Assembly: GCF_006345805.1 (NCBI RefSeq)
Contig: NC_043006.1
Coordinates: forward strand, 24,180,001-24,244,000
Source of the DNA: Octopus sinensis
Taxonomy: Eukaryota
DNA length: 64,000 bases
Direction: 5' to 3'
Made by a program: the position numbers and the translations under genes. Under the pieces are notes generated by a model that searched no databases, was not told the DNA's origin, and was given only the letters and a program-made list of their open reading frames with translations. Positions 1 to 13,370 of the stretch are shown piece after piece; the stretch's first letter is position 1; each line of letters begins with the position of its first letter.

Positions 1-300
1 TTGCCTGTGTTCTAGAGGTGTAGTGAACACACTTTGGAACTGTTCGTTCAGTATTTCACTTATCCTCGTGGGATTTCCTGTGAGAGAGCCATATTTTTTG
101 AAGAGAGGTCCTATTCTCTGGCGTACTGTGGCTGTCTCTTTGGCAAACTTAAAGGAAGCTTTAGGGTTTGACTTGATATTTTCTATTACCCAAGCTTCTT
201 TATCTGCTCTCTCTTTTTCATGAGACTGATGCAGACTTTTCTCAATTTCCATTAGCATTCTCTCGAGCCGAGACGTTTCACCACTTTTTGTCAAGTGAGT
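1..300 (-). mobile_element. CR1/L2-type LINE ORF2 fragment (EN-RT linker), decayed
   Basis: Minus-strand translation gives EAWVIENIKSNPKASFKFAKETATVRQRIGPL...ISEILNEQFQSVFT, typical of the CR1-group ORF2 linker. Confidence 0.55.
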
Positions 301-799
301 TGAGAAGGAGTTAATGACATTATGCAGTTTGGTAATGAAAAGCTAGCCAAAATTTTTATGTATAAAAAAGTATATACATGAACAACATGTATATTTTCGT
401 ATAAACATGTATACACAAACAACATAAACATGCATACACACAGTTCATTGCGTTCTCACAACATTCTCCCCCACTAGAAAACAGAAGTCCGGGAGTTGAA
501 TGGATAGGCACAGAATGTTTCAAACTTCTCTACTGCATAGATTATACTGTCTGGTTCGGAAGTAACTGAAAGATTCTCTTTTCCGAACATGCTGTTTATG
601 AGGTGTCTGTTGTTCCTGCTGCTCAACACGTTGATTAATATTATCAGTCTCTGGAGTGTCTTGGGGAGTATGTTCAATGTTTACCTCATTACTTTCAGGT
701 GATTTCGTAGTTTGTAGTTTTAAAGTACGTGTGTTAGGAGTTTTGTCAGTTTGTACAATCTCTTTATGGTTTTGTTGATCATTCACACATACAAACTCT

Positions 800-1070
800 C
801 TTATACACACACATGCTCACCTTCGTTTTGGGATCACCACCACTTTGTTATATCCCCTTCTCCCTAGCTTTCCTGTGTGACCCTTCTGTCCGGCCTTAGC
901 CACGATAGATCGCTAGCCACTACACATTCTTTATTTCTCTCCTTGTTTCTTTCTGTAGAAGAGCGTAGGCTCAAAACGTTAAAAACTTTTTCACTTCCTG
1001 AGCGTTATACTAATACATCTGTTTGTTGTCTACACCACCTGTCTTTGTCTTTTGTTTTTTTTATGAATTC
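800..1070 (+). mobile_element. Penelope-like terminal repeat fragment with degenerate hammerhead motif
   Basis: Homologous to 40790-41075. Motif TCTTT-CTGTAGA-A-GAGC-GTAG-GCTC-AAAAC-GTT-AAAAA at about 948-985, followed by the shared ttcctgagcg..atactaatac block. Confidence 0.55.
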
Positions 1071-1071
1071 T

Positions 1072-1127
<56 letters not shown>

Positions 1128-1168
1128 GTATGTATATAGTACAAAGTAAGATAGGGGTTATGAATTTT

Positions 1169-1631
1169 AAAAATTCACGATACAAGGTTCGAAATATAAA
1201 TATTCACATATATATATATATATGCACAAACAAAATATTTGCGTATGAGTTTATTAATCAGACAAACATAATCTAGATATTACTTAACGCATCCACGTAA
1301 CACAAACAAATTCGATTTTAGAATCCAAAATAGTAAATCCAAACTATATGTCTAAGCTGGGTTAGGTCCGCAATGTATATGTCTCTGTTATATGCATATT
1401 AAATTTATCTAGATATTATTTAATACATCCACGTTACGCGAATAAATCCAACTATAGAATCCAGAAAGTAAATCCAAACTTTATGTCTAAGCTGAGCTTA
1501 ATTCGCAATGTTTACGTTTCTGTTATGCATATTAAAATTAATACACCCACATATTCTAACAAATTCAATTTTAAAAACCAAAGTAGCAACTTTAAACTCC
1601 ATGTCAAAGCTGAATTTAGTCCAAAGGTTTA
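1169..1631. repeat. Unclassified interspersed repeat with internal ~135-bp subunits; second copy at 51398-51861
   Basis: Near-identical direct copy 50 kb away. The subunit atctagatatta...atattaaattt recurs at 1271 and 1407, with a degenerate third copy. Confidence 0.8.
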
Positions 1632-3789
1632 TGCTTGTATATATATATTTCGTTTTTGGATTTGGTTTGCAAGATTCTTTATATGAGTTCGTGTGTTGAA
1701 GCATATTCTGTTGTGTCTGGGGAGAGTCATTTTCTTTTTGTGCCTTACAATGTAACATTCTCTCTGGTAAAATTTCCACTTATTTCATATTTTTATTCTC
1801 CTAAAATTTTCGTTGCATCTTGCAACCTTTTCAATAGTCTTGACTCTGTCCGTTATTTACACTGCGTTCCCTTTTGTTTGTTTGTGCACATGTGTGTGGG
1901 TCAGTATGTGTGTGTGTGTGTGCCTATGCATGCATGTATGTATGTATGTGTGTTTGCATGTGTGTGTATGTATGTATATATATGTGTATGTGTGTGTGAG
2001 CATGTGTTTGTATATGTATGCACCTCTGTCTCCTTGTGTGTGCATGTCTGTGTGTGTGTTATGCAACTATGTACCATGTTTGTATGTATGGATGTGCATC
2101 TTTATATGTTTGGATCCGCGTCTTCATATGTGTCTGTTCATATAGCCTATGTACCTATCTGTCTGTATGTTGATCTGTTTATTTTCATATCTATATGCTT
2201 ACATACAGAAAAAAAAGGTGCATACACACATACACTCACACCCAATATTCATAGTAAATACCATACCTCCATACCCACAGTTTACACAGGTAGAGTAGAA
2301 TAGTTAGTGGACTGTTAGGTAGATAAATGTATGTATGTGTGTGTGGGTATATGTATGTATACGTATGTATGTATATATACGTATGTACATATATATACTT
2401 ATGTATATATATATATATATATGTATGTATATACGTATATGTATGTATATACGTATATATATGTATGTATATATATATATGTATGTATATGTATATATAT
2501 ATATATGTATGTATGTGCATGATGATGATATATATGGTGGCTGCCCCCTCGTTATCGAGTATGGCCATTGCATGAAGCTTAATCAGTGTTATTATCGTCC
2601 AATGCCTGTGCAAGAAGATTTTTTTAAAAGTGAGGAAAGGCTGTGCACTGAGTCAATCCCACTCACTAAGCAACAGCAGCCATAATCTGAAAAGAAGAAA
2701 AAGTTGACATCATCGGTAACCACTGAACCGCAGGTTTTATGTCGGAGTTATCCCAGTTACCTGAGTTACCTTCTCCTAGAAGGATGCCCTAACAAAGGCT
2801 AGGAGTCCTTCACTCCCAATGGTTTAACCGCGCGATCGGGTATTCAGTCCGATTATTTCTATGTCCCTGTGCATGATACAGCCTTAAGACATTTATTGGA
2901 TGGCTGTTCACTCTCAAGAGTTCCTCTGCCCTTTGACGGGTTTTGTTTTTCATCCCGCAGAGTGTCCAATAAACACCCTCCTCACCAAGCAAGCTTGGTG
3001 GGGTTGCAGGTTTAGTCGCCAACGACCCGACCATGCAACAGGTTGTATGTTACCAGTAGCACTCAAAAGTGACCTGAGAGAAGCATATATATATATATAT
3101 CTGTGTGTATGTATATATTATATGTCTATATAGGATGTATATATATATAGATATATATATATATATATATATATTATATAGACGTGTTATGGTGTATATA
3201 TATATATGTATATATATATATATAGACATGTATATATATATATATGTATATATTTATGTATGTATGTATATTATATATATGTATGCATATACATATATAT
3301 GTATATATTATGTATGTATGTATATATATATATGTATGCATATACATATATATATATGTATATATATATGGATGCATATAAATATATATATATGTATGTA
3401 TATATGTATGTATATATATATGTAGTATAGGATGTATTATATATATATATATGTATGTATATATATATATATGGATGTATATATGTAGCTATATATATGA
3501 TAATATATGTATGTACATATATAATACAGTATGTATGTACATAAGATATGTATATCTATAATATATATATAATATATATAAACAAAGTGGAGTTGTGGGG
3601 TACCGCACAAGTGGAATTATATATGAAAGAAGGTTTGAAAATGCAATTTAAAAGATGTTTATTTACTTTACCAGTTCACTCTTTGGAAAAAAGATTGTCA
3701 AAAGTAACATGTAGAAGTTGGTCGCGGTAATTATTGGTTGTTGCAAATTGCTACATTACATATATACAGTCTTTTGGTAACAGGGACAT

Positions 3790-5620
3790 GTTAAGGACAT
3801 AAAAAGTTCTACAAGTTCTTAAAATATTGGGCACAAAAGATTACTACATAAATAATTGTTCTCAAGGACATGCTAACTAATAGCACCACTGGCGAAGTCT
3901 TTCAATTCAGGATTTGGGCACAAGGCCCATTCGAGCAGAGAGTTATTGTTTGCGGAGAACATATCCGGGTGTGGGGTGGTTTATCCGAGACTGTTTGAAG
4001 GAATTTGTCCAAAGACTTCTTGAATTTTGTGTGGTCAGTTTTCTTTTTTGACGTGTCCTGGTGTAATGTGAAGAGAGCGGGTCCAATTGAGGTGAAATAT
4101 TTGTGCCGTATTGTCGTTATGTGATGCGATGTAGATTTTGTTGTGGACGGATGGCACGTGGTTACAAGCCTTGAGTATGTTTTGAAGGTGATGCCAACAT
4201 CATTCGGACCAGTGCTGAGGATATTTTCCACATCATACAGATAATGTAGCGTTCACGGCGTCGTTGGAGTGAATACAGTTTCAGTTCTCTAGTCTACCCC
4301 AGTAGTCGAGGTCTTACATGCCATCTATCTTTTTTGTGATTGACCTTTGGGGAGCTTCAATTCTCATAATATTTTGGTTTGTGTAGGGAGACCACAGTGG
4401 ACAGCAGTATTCAAGGTGGGGTCGGGCAAAAGTGGAGAAGAGAAGGATAATAGGTGGGAATCTCTCGACTGGAAGGTTCTGAGAATCCAGGAACCACATT
4501 CTGCGGGCCATGTCAACTTTGCTGCTTATATGTAGCCCAGCTTCTGTTGTTGTCCACTGTTACTCCCAAGTCTCTGATGTTGTTGGATGCCATGAGAATT
4601 TCTCCAGAAGGAAGAGAGTATGGGAGTTTCAGAGCGTCCTCCCTTCCAAAGTGGATCAGTTCGAATTTGTCTTCATTTAGCAACATGTTATTCTTTTCTG
4701 CTGCCATTGGACAACAGCCAGTAGTCTGACTGAAGGCTCATTCAGTCATCCACGCCATTGATGAACCTTCTGGAGCTTGGAATCATCAGCGAAGGTTCTG
4801 ATGTTACTGTGTTTGATGGTGTCAGTAATATCATCTATGTAGATGATGAAGAGAAGTGGGCCCAACACAGTACCTTGTGGGACACACCACTGCTGACTTG
4901 GCTGGGCTGGATTTGACTCCTTCGACTACAACATGTTGGGTTCTGTTAGACAGGAAGCACTTGATCCACTGCAGCAGCTTTCCAGTGACACCAATATTGG
5001 ACAGTTTTCGCCAGAAGGATCTTATGAGAAACCCTGTCAAAGGCCTTGCTGAAATCAAGGTAGATGACATCAGTGTTTGTAACCCTCTCCCAAGGCTCTC
5101 AAAATGTCATCAAAATGATGCAGTAGCTGCGTCAGGCAATCTCTCCCATTACGGAATCCATGCTGGTTGGGGTTCAGCATATGACTCTCAAGGAAGTGTG
5201 TCATACGCGATCTCAGCACTCTCTCAAATACCTTAATGATATGAGAGGTGAGTGAGATTGGACGGTAATTCACGGCAAGCGATTTGTTTCCTTTTTTGAA
5301 AACTGGGACAACAGACTGGGATAGAAGGTCTTCTGGTATATATCCAGCATCCAGTGAGTTCCGCCACAGATTGGCTAGAGTGGGTGCAAGTTGGTTTTGA
5401 CACATCTTCAAGACACAAGCAGGGAACCTATCGGGACCTACTGCTGACTTATGCTTCATTTCCTTTATTGCTGCTAAGACATCAGGAGCGCCAAAGGTTA
5501 TATCCGATAAAGTGTATTGGGGAGTACTTCACTGATACAGCCCAGATCAGTCATATCAGGATTGCTGAAAAACAGAGCAATATTGTTTCTTCTGCAATAT
5601 CTCTCCCATGGTTTGGCATG
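3790..5620 (-). mobile_element. CR1/L2-type LINE, RT domain and 3' part, frameshifted
   Basis: Fragmented ORFs with GPDRFP, VVPVFKKG...NYRPISLTSHIIKVFER, QHGFR, GVPQGTVLGPLLF, FADD, DLGV, PHLEYCCPLWSP. Confidence 0.9.
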
Positions 5621-5780
5621 TCTTGAAGAGTACATATATATATATATATATATAGATATAATATATATATATAGAAATTCGGGGCGAGTACTTGATAATT
5701 ATAAGCCGCCTGTGTATACCGTTTGTGGTGTAGGTGGTGGAGTAAATTGATCAAAATAAAAACATGATGCCAAGGATTCA

Positions 5781-5856
5781 GCGGTACATATGTTTCGGGC
5801 CTTTATTACAGATTTATAACAATGCATAATGTATGTCTGTGGCCTTCTTCAGCCGC
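5781..5856 (-). ncRNA. Type I hammerhead ribozyme-like motif
   Basis: Minus strand reads GCGG-CTGAAGA-A-GGCC-(insert)-GGCCC-GAAAC-ATAT-GTA-CCGC: intact core, 4-bp GC stem I, palindromic ACATATGT stem III, GUA triplet. Confidence 0.7.
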
Positions 5857-6691
5857 GCACACAGCTTCCACAAGGACATGTTTACATCAAAATTCTTGGT
5901 TGGGGATGCAATCCTCTCCATTCGCGTACGACATAATGTGGCAACAGCATAGAATTGAAGCGTCCATCTCTTTCTTCTCTCAATGTAGAATGAGGAAATT
6001 TGGATGTTGAAGTAATGTAAATAAATAAATAAATACATATATAGACGTGAAGATGGAGGGGCGAGAATTCAGGACGAGGGATAAAAAGTGTAAGTATATA
6101 AAAATATAAAAATGTAGAGTGTAAAGATATAAAGGGATATAAGGAGATGTAAAGGGGGTATAAAGAATATAAAGAAATATAAATGAATGTAAAGGCATAA
6201 GGTTATAAAGTAAAGATAGAAATAGAAATAAAAGTAAAAAGTAAAAAAAAGTAAAAAGTAAAAAAAATAAAAATAGGAATAAACATGATAAAAATGTAAA
6301 AAAATATAAAGATAAGGGATGTATAGAGGTTACGGACCAAACATGGTGGTCAGGAGATTGATAAAGTTTAGTTGTAGAAGTTGTCTGGGGACCTAGTGTG
6401 TTGTAAATCAGAGCTGTTGAGCGTTTAATCTAGTTCTTTGAATTAATTGGTCATCTTGTACATACATACCATCATGGATACATACACCCATATACACGCG
6501 CACATCTTCACGTCTATATATGTATTTATTTATTTATTTATTTACATTTCCTCATTCTACATTGAGAGAAGAAAGAGATGGACGTTTCAATTCTATGCTG
6601 TTGCCGCATTATGTCGTACGCGAATGAGAGGATTTGCATCCCCAACCAAGAATTTTTTGATGTACACATGTCCTTGTGGAAGCTGTTGTGC

Positions 6692-6769
6692 GCGGCTGAA
6701 GAAGGCCACATACATACATTATGCATTGTTATAAATCTGTCTAATAAGGCCCGAAACATATGTACCCGC
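6692..6769 (+). ncRNA. Type I hammerhead ribozyme-like motif (second arm)
   Basis: GCGG-CTGAAGA-A-GGCC-(insert)-GGCCC-GAAAC-ATAT-GTA-CCCGC; one extra C relative to the left arm. Confidence 0.65.
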
Positions 6770-6809
6770 TGAATCCTTGGCATCATGTTTTTATTTTGAT
6801 CAATTTTAT

Positions 6810-6852
6810 ATATATTTATATATTATTATATATATATGTATTGATATTATAG

Positions 6853-6893
<41 letters not shown>

Positions 6894-6929
6894 GAGATAT
6901 ATATGTATATATATATATATATATATATG

Positions 6930-6987
<58 letters not shown>

Positions 6988-7197
6988 ATATATATATATA
7001 TATATATTATTTAATATATATATATATATTATATATGTATATATAATATAATATATATATGTAGATATATTTATATATAGTATATATATATATATATATA
7101 TTATCTATATATATAATATATATATGTATATATATATTAGATATATATGTATATATATATATATATATAGATTTATCTATATATATATATATTATAT

Positions 7198-7236
<39 letters not shown>

Positions 7237-7265
7237 GTAATATATATAGATATATATATATGTAT

Positions 7266-7320
<55 letters not shown>

Positions 7321-7610
7321 TATATGTGTATATATATATATATATATGGTATATATATATATATATGTATAATATATATATATATTTGTATATAATATAT
7401 ATATGTATGTATATATATATATATGTATGTATATTATATATATATGTATATATATATATATATGTATGTATATATATATATATGTATGTATATATATATA
7501 TATATGTTATATATATATATAGTATGTATATATATATATATATGTATGTATAATATATATATATGTTATATATATATATATGTATGTATATATATATATA
7601 TATATTATAT

Positions 7611-7661
<51 letters not shown>

Positions 7662-7688
7662 GTATATATATATAGATATATATGTATA

Positions 7689-7720
<32 letters not shown>

Positions 7721-7736
7721 GTATATATATAGATAG

Positions 7737-7767
<31 letters not shown>

Positions 7768-7771
7768 GTAT

Positions 7772-7808
<37 letters not shown>

Positions 7809-7867
7809 GTATGTATATATATATTATGTATTATATATATATATATGTATATCTATATATATATATG

Positions 7868-7900
<33 letters not shown>

Positions 7901-7961
7901 GTATGTATATATATATATATATATATGTATATATAATATATGTATATATATATATATATAG

Positions 7962-8017
<56 letters not shown>

Positions 8018-8019
8018 TG

Positions 8020-8072
<53 letters not shown>

Positions 8073-8380
8073 GTATGTATATGTATATGTACATGTATAT
8101 ATATATATATATGTATATATATGTATGTATATGTATATGTACATTATATATATGTATATGTACATGTATATATGTATATGTACATGTATATATATATGTA
8201 CATGTATATATGTACATGTATATATGTATATGTACATGTATATATATGTACATGTATATATGTACATGTATATATGTATATGTACATGTATATATATGTA
8301 CATGTATATATATATGTACATGTATATATGTACATGTATATATGTATATGTACATGTATATATGTATATGTACATGTATA

Positions 8381-8412
<32 letters not shown>

Positions 8413-8645
8413 CATGTATATATATGTATATGTATATGTACATGTATATATATATATGTACATGTATATATATGTATATGTATATTTACATGTATATATA
8501 TGTACATGTATATATATGTACATGTATATATATATATATGTACATGTATATATATATATATGTACATGTATATATATATGTACATGTATATATATATATA
8601 TGTACATATATATATATATATGTACATGTATATATATATATGTAC

Positions 8646-8683
<38 letters not shown>

Positions 8684-8770
8684 GATATATATACATGTAT
8701 ATATATGTATTTGTACATGTATATATATATATATATGTACATGTATATATATGTATATGTACATGTATAT
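6810..8770. repeat. ~2 kb imperfect (TA)n microsatellite grading into TACATG-containing units
   Basis: Directly visible. It is the source of the spurious Y/I/M/C ORFs. Confidence 0.95.
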
Positions 8771-8774
8771 GTGT

Positions 8775-9100
8775 GAGGGCGCGTGGCTGAGTGGTTAGGG
8801 CATTCGGCTCATGATCGTAAGGTTGTGAGTTCGATTCCCGGCGACGCATTGTGTCCTTGAGCAAGACACTTTATTTCACGTTGCTCCAGTCCACTCAGCT
8901 GGCAAAAATGAGTTGTACTTGTATTTCAAAGGGTCAGCCTTGTCACTCTCTGTGTCACGCTGATTATCCCCGAGAACTACGTTAAGGGTACACGTGTCTG
9001 TGGAATGCTCAGCCATTTGCACGTTAATTTCACGAGCAAGCTGTTCCGTAGATCGTATCAGCTGGGACCCTCGTCGTCGTAACCGGCGGAGTCTTTTAAC
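8775..9100 (+). mobile_element. tRNA-derived SINE (MetaSINE-like core)
   Basis: Pol III A box TGGCTGAGTGG and B box GAGTTCGATTCC, followed by TGTGTCCTTGAGCAAGACACTT as recalled for deep-conserved SINE cores. No tRNA acceptor stem. Confidence 0.7.
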
Positions 9101-9269
9101 ATGTATATGTATATATATATATGTATATGTATATGTACATGTATATGTATATATGTATATATATATATATGTATATATATATTATACATATGTATATCTA
9201 TATATATATATACATATATAGATATACATATGTATGGAATTCAAACCAATTTGTATGCATAAAGTGACT

Positions 9270-11810
9270 AAAACCTTTAAATAATATATCCCTTCATGAT
9301 CTTCTCCCATTGGTATTTCCATCATCTGCTCCGTCTTGCTATTATTCAGACATTGGATTAACAACTACTAGTTTTACCCCCACCTACTTCCTTATTTGGT
9401 TTACTTTCACCTAACTAAATTCTGACTCCATGTAGTATGCATATATCAGTCAATCTGAGAACTTTAGACTTATTTTATAGTCATTGACTCTATAATTAAG
9501 AATATCACTACTGGCCAACACTAATAACTTCATTAATGTTTATAATAATATTATACTAGTATTCATGGGTAAATAGGAACCTAGAGTTTTTTAACTTCAT
9601 ACACTTCCTTAACAATCAAAATAGGAGTATAATTTACGCAAATGGATAATCTTGAAATCTCTCCAATCAATATATATTTTTCCAATCACTATATTATTAC
9701 TATTATATTATTATATTATTACTATTATTATAATTTTTTTCTTTGTATTTTATCTTTAACTTCCATCTTAATATTCATTTCATCTTATTTTATTCTTTAC
9801 ATTTTCACTTTGCTCTTTACCTCTTTGTAACCTATTATTATTTATTATTATTTATATTTTTATGTATTATGTCAGATATCTTTTGTACATTTCCAAATAT
9901 ATTTGATGGAATTTGATATATATTATTGATATATTATCAGCATCTTTCTAATATCACCAGTTTAAGCTGTCAGTATTTTACTACCTCTAATGCCCTTTCA
10001 CTATTACGTTTTTTTAAAAGAATGATCCTTGTAGAAGTCTTTTTAAAAATGATTCTGACATAGCTCTATTCCTATAGAAACTTATACCTCTATACCAATT
10101 ACTTCATTTATTGTTAATTTGCTACTCCCTACTACTCCCTTTTATCACTTATATGTATATTTATTTATTTCCTTTTAATTCATTCCCTTTACTGATAATC
10201 CATCACTCCAACTAGTAGTTACTTAATGACAGGCCTATTGGATTTATCATAGACAGATCAAAAAACCCCCTTTTTTTAAAAAACTTTTAAATATATAGAA
10301 CTCAATCTATGGAGAATAGTATATTAAATTATAACTGTTATGTACTCAAAAACAAGATATACACTTATAAGATGTAATGTATGTGTGTATATACATGGAT
10401 GGAAGTGTGTGAATGTATGCGGATACTATACGGCACGTAAAAGGCACCTTCCGAATCGTGGCCGAAGCCAGTGCCGCCTCGACTGGCTTCCGTGCAGGTG
10501 GCACGTAAAATGCACCAATCCGACTGTGGCCGATGCCAGCCTCGCCTGGCATCAGTGCAGGTGGTACGTAAAAAGCACCCACTACACCCATGGAGTGGTT
10601 GGCGTTAGGAAGGGCATCCAGCTGTAGAAACATTGCCAGATAAGACCGGAGCCTGGTGCAGCCTTCTGGCTTCCCAGATCCCCGGTCGAACCATCCAACC
10701 CATGCTAGCATGGAGAACGGACGTTAAACGATGATGATGTTGATATATATATGTGTATATATGTGTGTGTGTGTATATGTGTGTATAGATAGATATGTGT
10801 GTATATATATATATCTATATCTGTACATGCTTAAGGATAGGTGGATATAGTAGAGTATGTATATGTTTACTAGGGTGTAACTGTAGATATGTGTGGAGAT
10901 GTATGTGTAAATCCATGTATTTAATGCTGTGCATAATGAAGCATACTTGTATATGCTCGAGCATGTTAGCATATATATATGTATGAGTGCGTGTATACGC
11001 ACACACACATACATATACTCTAAACTTATAAAGCTAGTAACTTTTAGTGGTGAGTTTGCGTAAACTGACCATTCATCACAACGATATCAAATTACAACCT
11101 CAATTTGTATTTCAACATGTGGTCAAAATAAGAAATTATTTAAGACCACTACTACCTCATCAAAGCCAAAATCTTATTCTTAGCCCTTTAGTATCTTATC
11201 TCTTTATCTCTTACTCTACTTTATGTTCTTATTTCTTTTGTTTTTACCTCTTTTGTTACTTTATTCGAATTTGGCTAATTCTTATTTACATGTGGATCTA
11301 GCTTCATTATCCTTATTTTTACTTACTTTTTTTTATTATTTTTGCTTTTATTACTCTTGTCTTTTGCTTCTGTTGTCTTTTACTTTCATTACTCTTATTC
11401 TTTATTATTTTTTGTTTTTTAACCTTTTTTTATTGTTTTCTATCTTATTTTCCTTCCTATCTTATACAAGAGAATTAAATATAAACTCAATGCAATCTAT
11501 TTAACATTCACTCTATGCTGATAGGTGATGCAGTATGGGCAGATTTTCAAAATCCAATGAATCTTTATACATTTATACAGTTAAACAATTAGACAGATAT
11601 ACTTTTTCAAGGAGTTATGATTAACCTATTATAATGGGTAATACTACATGTTCTTTTTATATTTTTTTTTATATTGTGATGTAATCTTTGGATTAACAAT
11701 GTTTGTGGCTGAAAAGAGCTTAAACCATCTTTTATATCAATAATACACTGATGTAATAACGGATTGTTTATAAAGCTTGAAACACGTGTACCGCGATATC
11801 CTTTGTGTTC
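9270..11810 (-). mobile_element. Heavily decayed AT-rich Penelope-like element, interrupted
   Basis: Residual minus-strand peptides (EIPMG near 9300, DKSNRPVI near 10230, LLHQCIIDIK near 11730) resemble PLE RT and N-terminal segments; many stops. Confidence 0.4.
10431..10739 (+). mobile_element. RTE 3' tail copy (5'-truncated LINE or tail-sharing SINE)
   Basis: Matches the 3' end of the 45152-50895 RTE and ends gacgttaaac(gat)n. Confidence 0.85.
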
Positions 11811-12349
11811 TGTTTTTAATTTATATGTGTATATATGTATATACATATATATTCATATAATTTAGAGAAAATCCTCTATTAAGTAATTGAATAGTGAAAG
11901 CTGTTATTTGCACCATATAGAAAAGATAAATATAAAAACCTTATTCAAAAAAATCAATAAAGTACATAAACAATGAATAGTAGTAAATAGACTAATGATA
12001 ATTATAAATTTATTGATATAAAAAATAAATATAATAATATAAATAATAAGAACAAAATTTGGTTAATTATTCCTTATGGAGCTCAAGTTAAATATTATTA
12101 AAGAGATTTGAAATATAATTGAAGTATTCATTAGAGATAAGAAATATAATAACATTGTTTCTAGTAATAATTTTGGTGGTGGTTATTCTACTACTAATAA
12201 TGTTGGTAACATTATTTCTTCTTTTAATAAATTTATGCTGAATATATTTTACAAAAACAAATCAAGTAATTATTTCAATAATAATAATAAAGCCAGAATA
12301 TAATTAATTGTACATATATAGATAAGACTAAGTGTTAATTTAATAATAT

Positions 12350-12700
12350 ATGTAATTTGGATGATGTAGTATATAAATGTGTTGTGATTTTGATTGATTA
12401 TAATAATAGCAATGGTTATAATTTAAATGCGATTTACATAGGGCCGACTTCTAATAAAATTAAATTATGGGTGGCTCAACTTAAATTTTTTTAAGAATAG
12501 AAATTTAATCAGTTCTACTGGCCTTAGTAAATATATATGAGAACTAAAACCTAAAAGTATTGAGTACAATTTAAATTCGGAGATAGTTTGTAAGGCAATA
12601 TCTTATCGAATAGGTAGTAAATTTTGTTTATTATGTACTAATGAATTTTAAAAATTCGTCAAATACCTAGATGAACGAAAAATTAAATGTAGACATTAAT
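12350..12700 (+). mobile_element. Decayed Penelope-like GIY-YIG endonuclease fragment
   Basis: Pieces VVYKCV...AIYIGPTSNKIK...STGLSKYI*ELK...YRIGSKFCLLC...KCRH across frameshifts. Confidence 0.6.
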
Positions 12701-13159
12701 GAAATTACTTATATAAGTTTAGCTAATTTGTGTGTGTATATATATATAAATTTGTTGGCACTGTATATATATATAAATTTGTTGGCACTGTTAGTTTGAA
12801 CGGATCTTCTGAGGTGAAAAGTCGCCAAAAGGGTATGCTCCTACTTTCAGTGTTTCCAAATCCGAATTAAGAAATTTTGGGCTGACGAAAGAAATGTCGA
12901 ATTGTATTTGGCTGATCTAGAAACGTACGTTCTCAAATAATCTTTGCACTTGTGATTTTTTAATGTTTTTACCCCCATACCTTCGTGGGTTATTTTGAGT
13001 AAACACTATCTGAGAGAAATTTTCTTTAAGTATTAGAAATGGCTAAAAAATCTTTTTTTGGCTGCTATTTCTAATGAGTTCAGTATGTGGCAAAGTAATT
13101 TATTTTACTAAGCCCTTTTATACAATATATATATATATATTATATATATATATATATAT

Positions 13160-13370
13160 AAAGTTAATCCAAACAAGAAAACAAAAAGATAACAACGCAA
13201 GGATGTGGAACAAATAAAGTATTATTGGACGCTCAGGAAAGAAGGGAAGAAGGAGGGTTTGATGTTTCGAGCGGAGCTCTTCGTCGGAAACATAGGGGAA
13301 AGAAAGATCCCGAGACGGGAGGACAGAGGAAAAAAAATTGCAGGTAGTATTCACGAGGTCACATACTAAA
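13160..13370 (-). mobile_element. Short Penelope-derived repeat with hammerhead-like motif
   Basis: Minus strand GTTT-CCGACGA-A-GAGC-TCC-GCTC-GAAAC-ATC-AAAC at about 13254-13291; homologous to 15065-15215 and 18395-18605. Confidence 0.6.

Larger units (their letters stand above)
5745..6805. mobile_element. Penelope-like inverted terminal-repeat structure (arms about 5745-6057 and 6502-6805)
   Basis: Two ~310-bp arms are reverse complements of each other and each carries a hammerhead motif. The spacer is A-rich on + (pyrimidine-rich on -), like the tract before the terminal repeat of the 37251 element. Confidence 0.7.

Noticed and set aside
8775-8850. Possible tRNA gene (A and B boxes)
   Set aside because: No closing acceptor stem, and it continues directly into a SINE body, so it is a SINE head.
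12781-12840. Candidate non-coding first exon or promoter of KDM4 (AAGG|GTATGC donor in non-repetitive sequence)
   Set aside because: A donor-like hexamer alone is not enough evidence; transcript data are needed. The KDM4 promoter could not be located.
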